A program made the position numbers and the translations under genes. A stretch of DNA of 62,959 nucleotides, counting the filler. It is 4 parts of 4 records of this genome, joined end to end, with 100 filler letters (N's around TTAATTAATTAA, not from the genome) between each part and the next. Parts side by side here need not be neighbours in the genome. Positions count along the whole stretch, not along the records: positions 57,912 to 62,959 come from SRR2962707_4942; 3 more parts are not named here. The stretch is one strand, 5' to 3'. How positions within the stretch are numbered: the first letter of the stretch is position 1; the number at the start of each line of letters is the position of its first letter. Under the pieces are notes generated by a model. The model was not told where the DNA came from. It was given only the letters and a program-made list of their open reading frames with translations, and did no database searches. Positions 61,358-62,959 of the stretch are shown here, piece after piece.

Positions 61358-62374
61358 TCAGGGATTGGTGACCTTGTCACCCACCGAGAGGGGCCGCGTT
61401 GCCTGCAGCACCAGACCGTAGCTCATTTTCTCATAGGCCTGGAACACCATCAGCAGGCCAGCCCGCTCAGACGGCAATTCAATGGTTTCGCCGGTGACCG
61501 GATCACGAACCATGTTGCCCGCCTTCAGCACCGCCAGCACATTACCGGGCGCCAGGCCTTCGCGCTCACCACGGTTAATGGCGACCACATCGTACTGACC
61601 GATCTGGCTGACACCGCCATCGACAGAAATCATCTTGCCTTCGATCTCACTATCCGGCGAGCTGGGCACGAAGCTGGTGGTCAGCCGGCGATCTTCATTC
61701 ACCAGCAACCGGTCGCCAATACGCACTTCTTCACTGGACTTGGTAATGCCTACGGTCAGCACATCACCGTTTTCGGCATTAACGTTGCCGCGGGCAATGC
61801 TCCGGGCTTCCAGGCCAAGGAACTCGCCGGTGTCCGGATCCACAAATTCCTTGCTGCGACGGAAAATACCCACGCGATCGGCCGGCTTCTCGCCGCGAGC
61901 GTAAATACGGTCACCGGCACCGGTGATGATGCGTCCGTCCTCACCTTCAAGCACATAGGGCGCACCGTTGATTTCTTCCGGGCTGACAATACGGGTTTCG
62001 GTCAGGAAACTGGCGATGGCATCCAGGGGGATGGCCGGTATTGGTGTGTCGATGGCCTCGGAACGAACCTGAGGCGAGAGCTTCACCACATCGCTGGTCG
62101 CGACCTTGGTAATCCGGGGCTTGCCATCGATGTACACCAGTGCCAGGCGGTCACCGGGATAGATCAGGTGTGGGTTGGCAACCTGCGGGTTCACGTGCCA
62201 GATTTCCGGCCAGTACCACGGGTTGTTCAGGAATCGCGCTGAAATGTCCCAGAGGGTGTCCCCTTTGACGACAGTGTAACGCTCAGGATGATCAGACCTC
62301 AGCTCCGGCTGTGCCTGGGCCCAGGAGGTAAACAGCAGCGCAGAGGCTGCCAGAGCGTACAACAGTTTCCTCAT
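61358..62374 (-). CDS. LysM peptidoglycan-binding protein (TsaP-like)
   Basis: Signal peptide and YTVVKGDTLWDIS...NPHLIYPGD; conserved position between def and dprA. Confidence 0.88.
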   Translation of the reverse strand: MRKLLYALAASALLFTSWAQAQPELRSDHPERYTVVKGDTLWDISARFLNNPWYWPEIWHVNPQVANPHLIYPGDRLALVYIDGKPRITKVATSDVVKLSPQVRSEAIDTPIPAIPLDAIASFLTETRIVSPEEINGAPYVLEGEDGRIITGAGDRIYARGEKPADRVGIFRRSKEFVDPDTGEFLGLEARSIARGNVNAENGDVLTVGITKSSEEVRIGDRLLVNEDRRLTTSFVPSSPDSEIEGKMISVDGGVSQIGQYDVVAINRGEREGLAPGNVLAVLKAGNMVRDPVTGETIELPSERAGLLMVFQAYEKMSYGLVLQATRPLSVGDKVTNP

Positions 62375-62841
62375 TGTTTATGTCCTTGATCGCGTGCCTT
62401 GAATCTTTGCGTTCGGTAATGTCGCCGCAGAATCCCCGCAGCATATTACGTTGTTATTCCCGATACTATAGAAGAAGTCCCGGAATTTGTGATGTTATCT
62501 TTTGTTCTTCGAGTGATTTCTGCAGCCATCGGAGCGCATTCGTGAAAGATTTTAACTATTAACTGATCAGTTTGTACTCAATCGGCGAATTATTGGATAA
62601 TAGGCACCATTAGGCGGAAGTTACTACCTTGAACCCGGGAACTCTGCCAGCATTACAGGTTCAAACTGTCGGAATCCCTGGATTCATCATAGGCAGACCA
62701 AGAAAATTTGCGCAGTACGCTGTCGCATTTCGGCAATCGGTTTCACAGCGTTACAAATGGTAAAATTCTGCGCTGGGCAGCCCGTCATACAGGCTGATAT
62801 TGAAGATTGCCCGATACACACAGGCCAGAAGCAAGAGCATT

Positions 62842-62959
62842 ATGATTCGAGAAATTCTTGAGTATCCGGACCCACGACTTCGCACCATCGCCAAGCCGGT
62901 GGAGGAAGTGACCGATGACATCCGTACGTTGATCGACGACATGTTCGAGACCATGTACG
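62842..62959 (+). CDS. def: Peptide deformylase, 3'-truncated (absent from the ORF track)
   Basis: [39 protein letters not shown], divergent from the LysM gene as in other Gammaproteobacteria. Confidence 0.93.
   Translation, partial: MIREILEYPDPRLRTIAKPVEEVTDDIRTLIDDMFETMY

Overview
This window is not one locus. It is four unrelated contig pieces joined by 100-bp artificial spacers (N44-TTAATTAATTAA-N44 at 23297-23396, 32137-32236 and 57812-57911). (1) 1-23296 is AT-rich Bacteroidota (Cytophagales-like) DNA. It carries glyA, tatC, rpiB, a membrane protein, rbfA, a LolC/E-like permease, an SNF2 helicase, a PDZ aspartyl protease and two exported proteins. It ends with two PadR-led units holding four ATPase-less MacB/FtsX-type permeases that share an N-terminal 'prefix' domain, followed by a MITE inserted into a terminator. 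(2) 23397-32136 is GC-rich Alphaproteobacteria (Devosia-like) DNA: a ligase-associated exonuclease, an M16C/PreP-like peptidase, an aldo-keto reductase, GntR, a Gfo/Idh/MocA oxidoreductase and an ABC-F protein. (3) 32237-57811 is alphaproteobacterial DNA starting at a tRNA-Gly 3' end. It holds a ~24 kb purine/nucleoside scavenging cluster: two adenine deaminases, guanine deaminase, two nucleoside hydrolases, two MtaD-like amidohydrolases, a creatininase-like enzyme, two M20 hydrolases, a PRTase, two ABC importers, LacI, and a stand-alone RarA/MgsA C-terminal-domain protein. (4) 57912-62959 is Gammaproteobacteria (Marinobacter-like) core DNA: aroE, hemF, tsaC, dprA, a LysM gene and def. The best candidates for undescribed biology are the PadR/prefix-permease array and the purine cluster with its orphan RarA-C protein and catalytically altered paralogues. 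Taxonomic and family calls come from motif recognition only; no searches were run.
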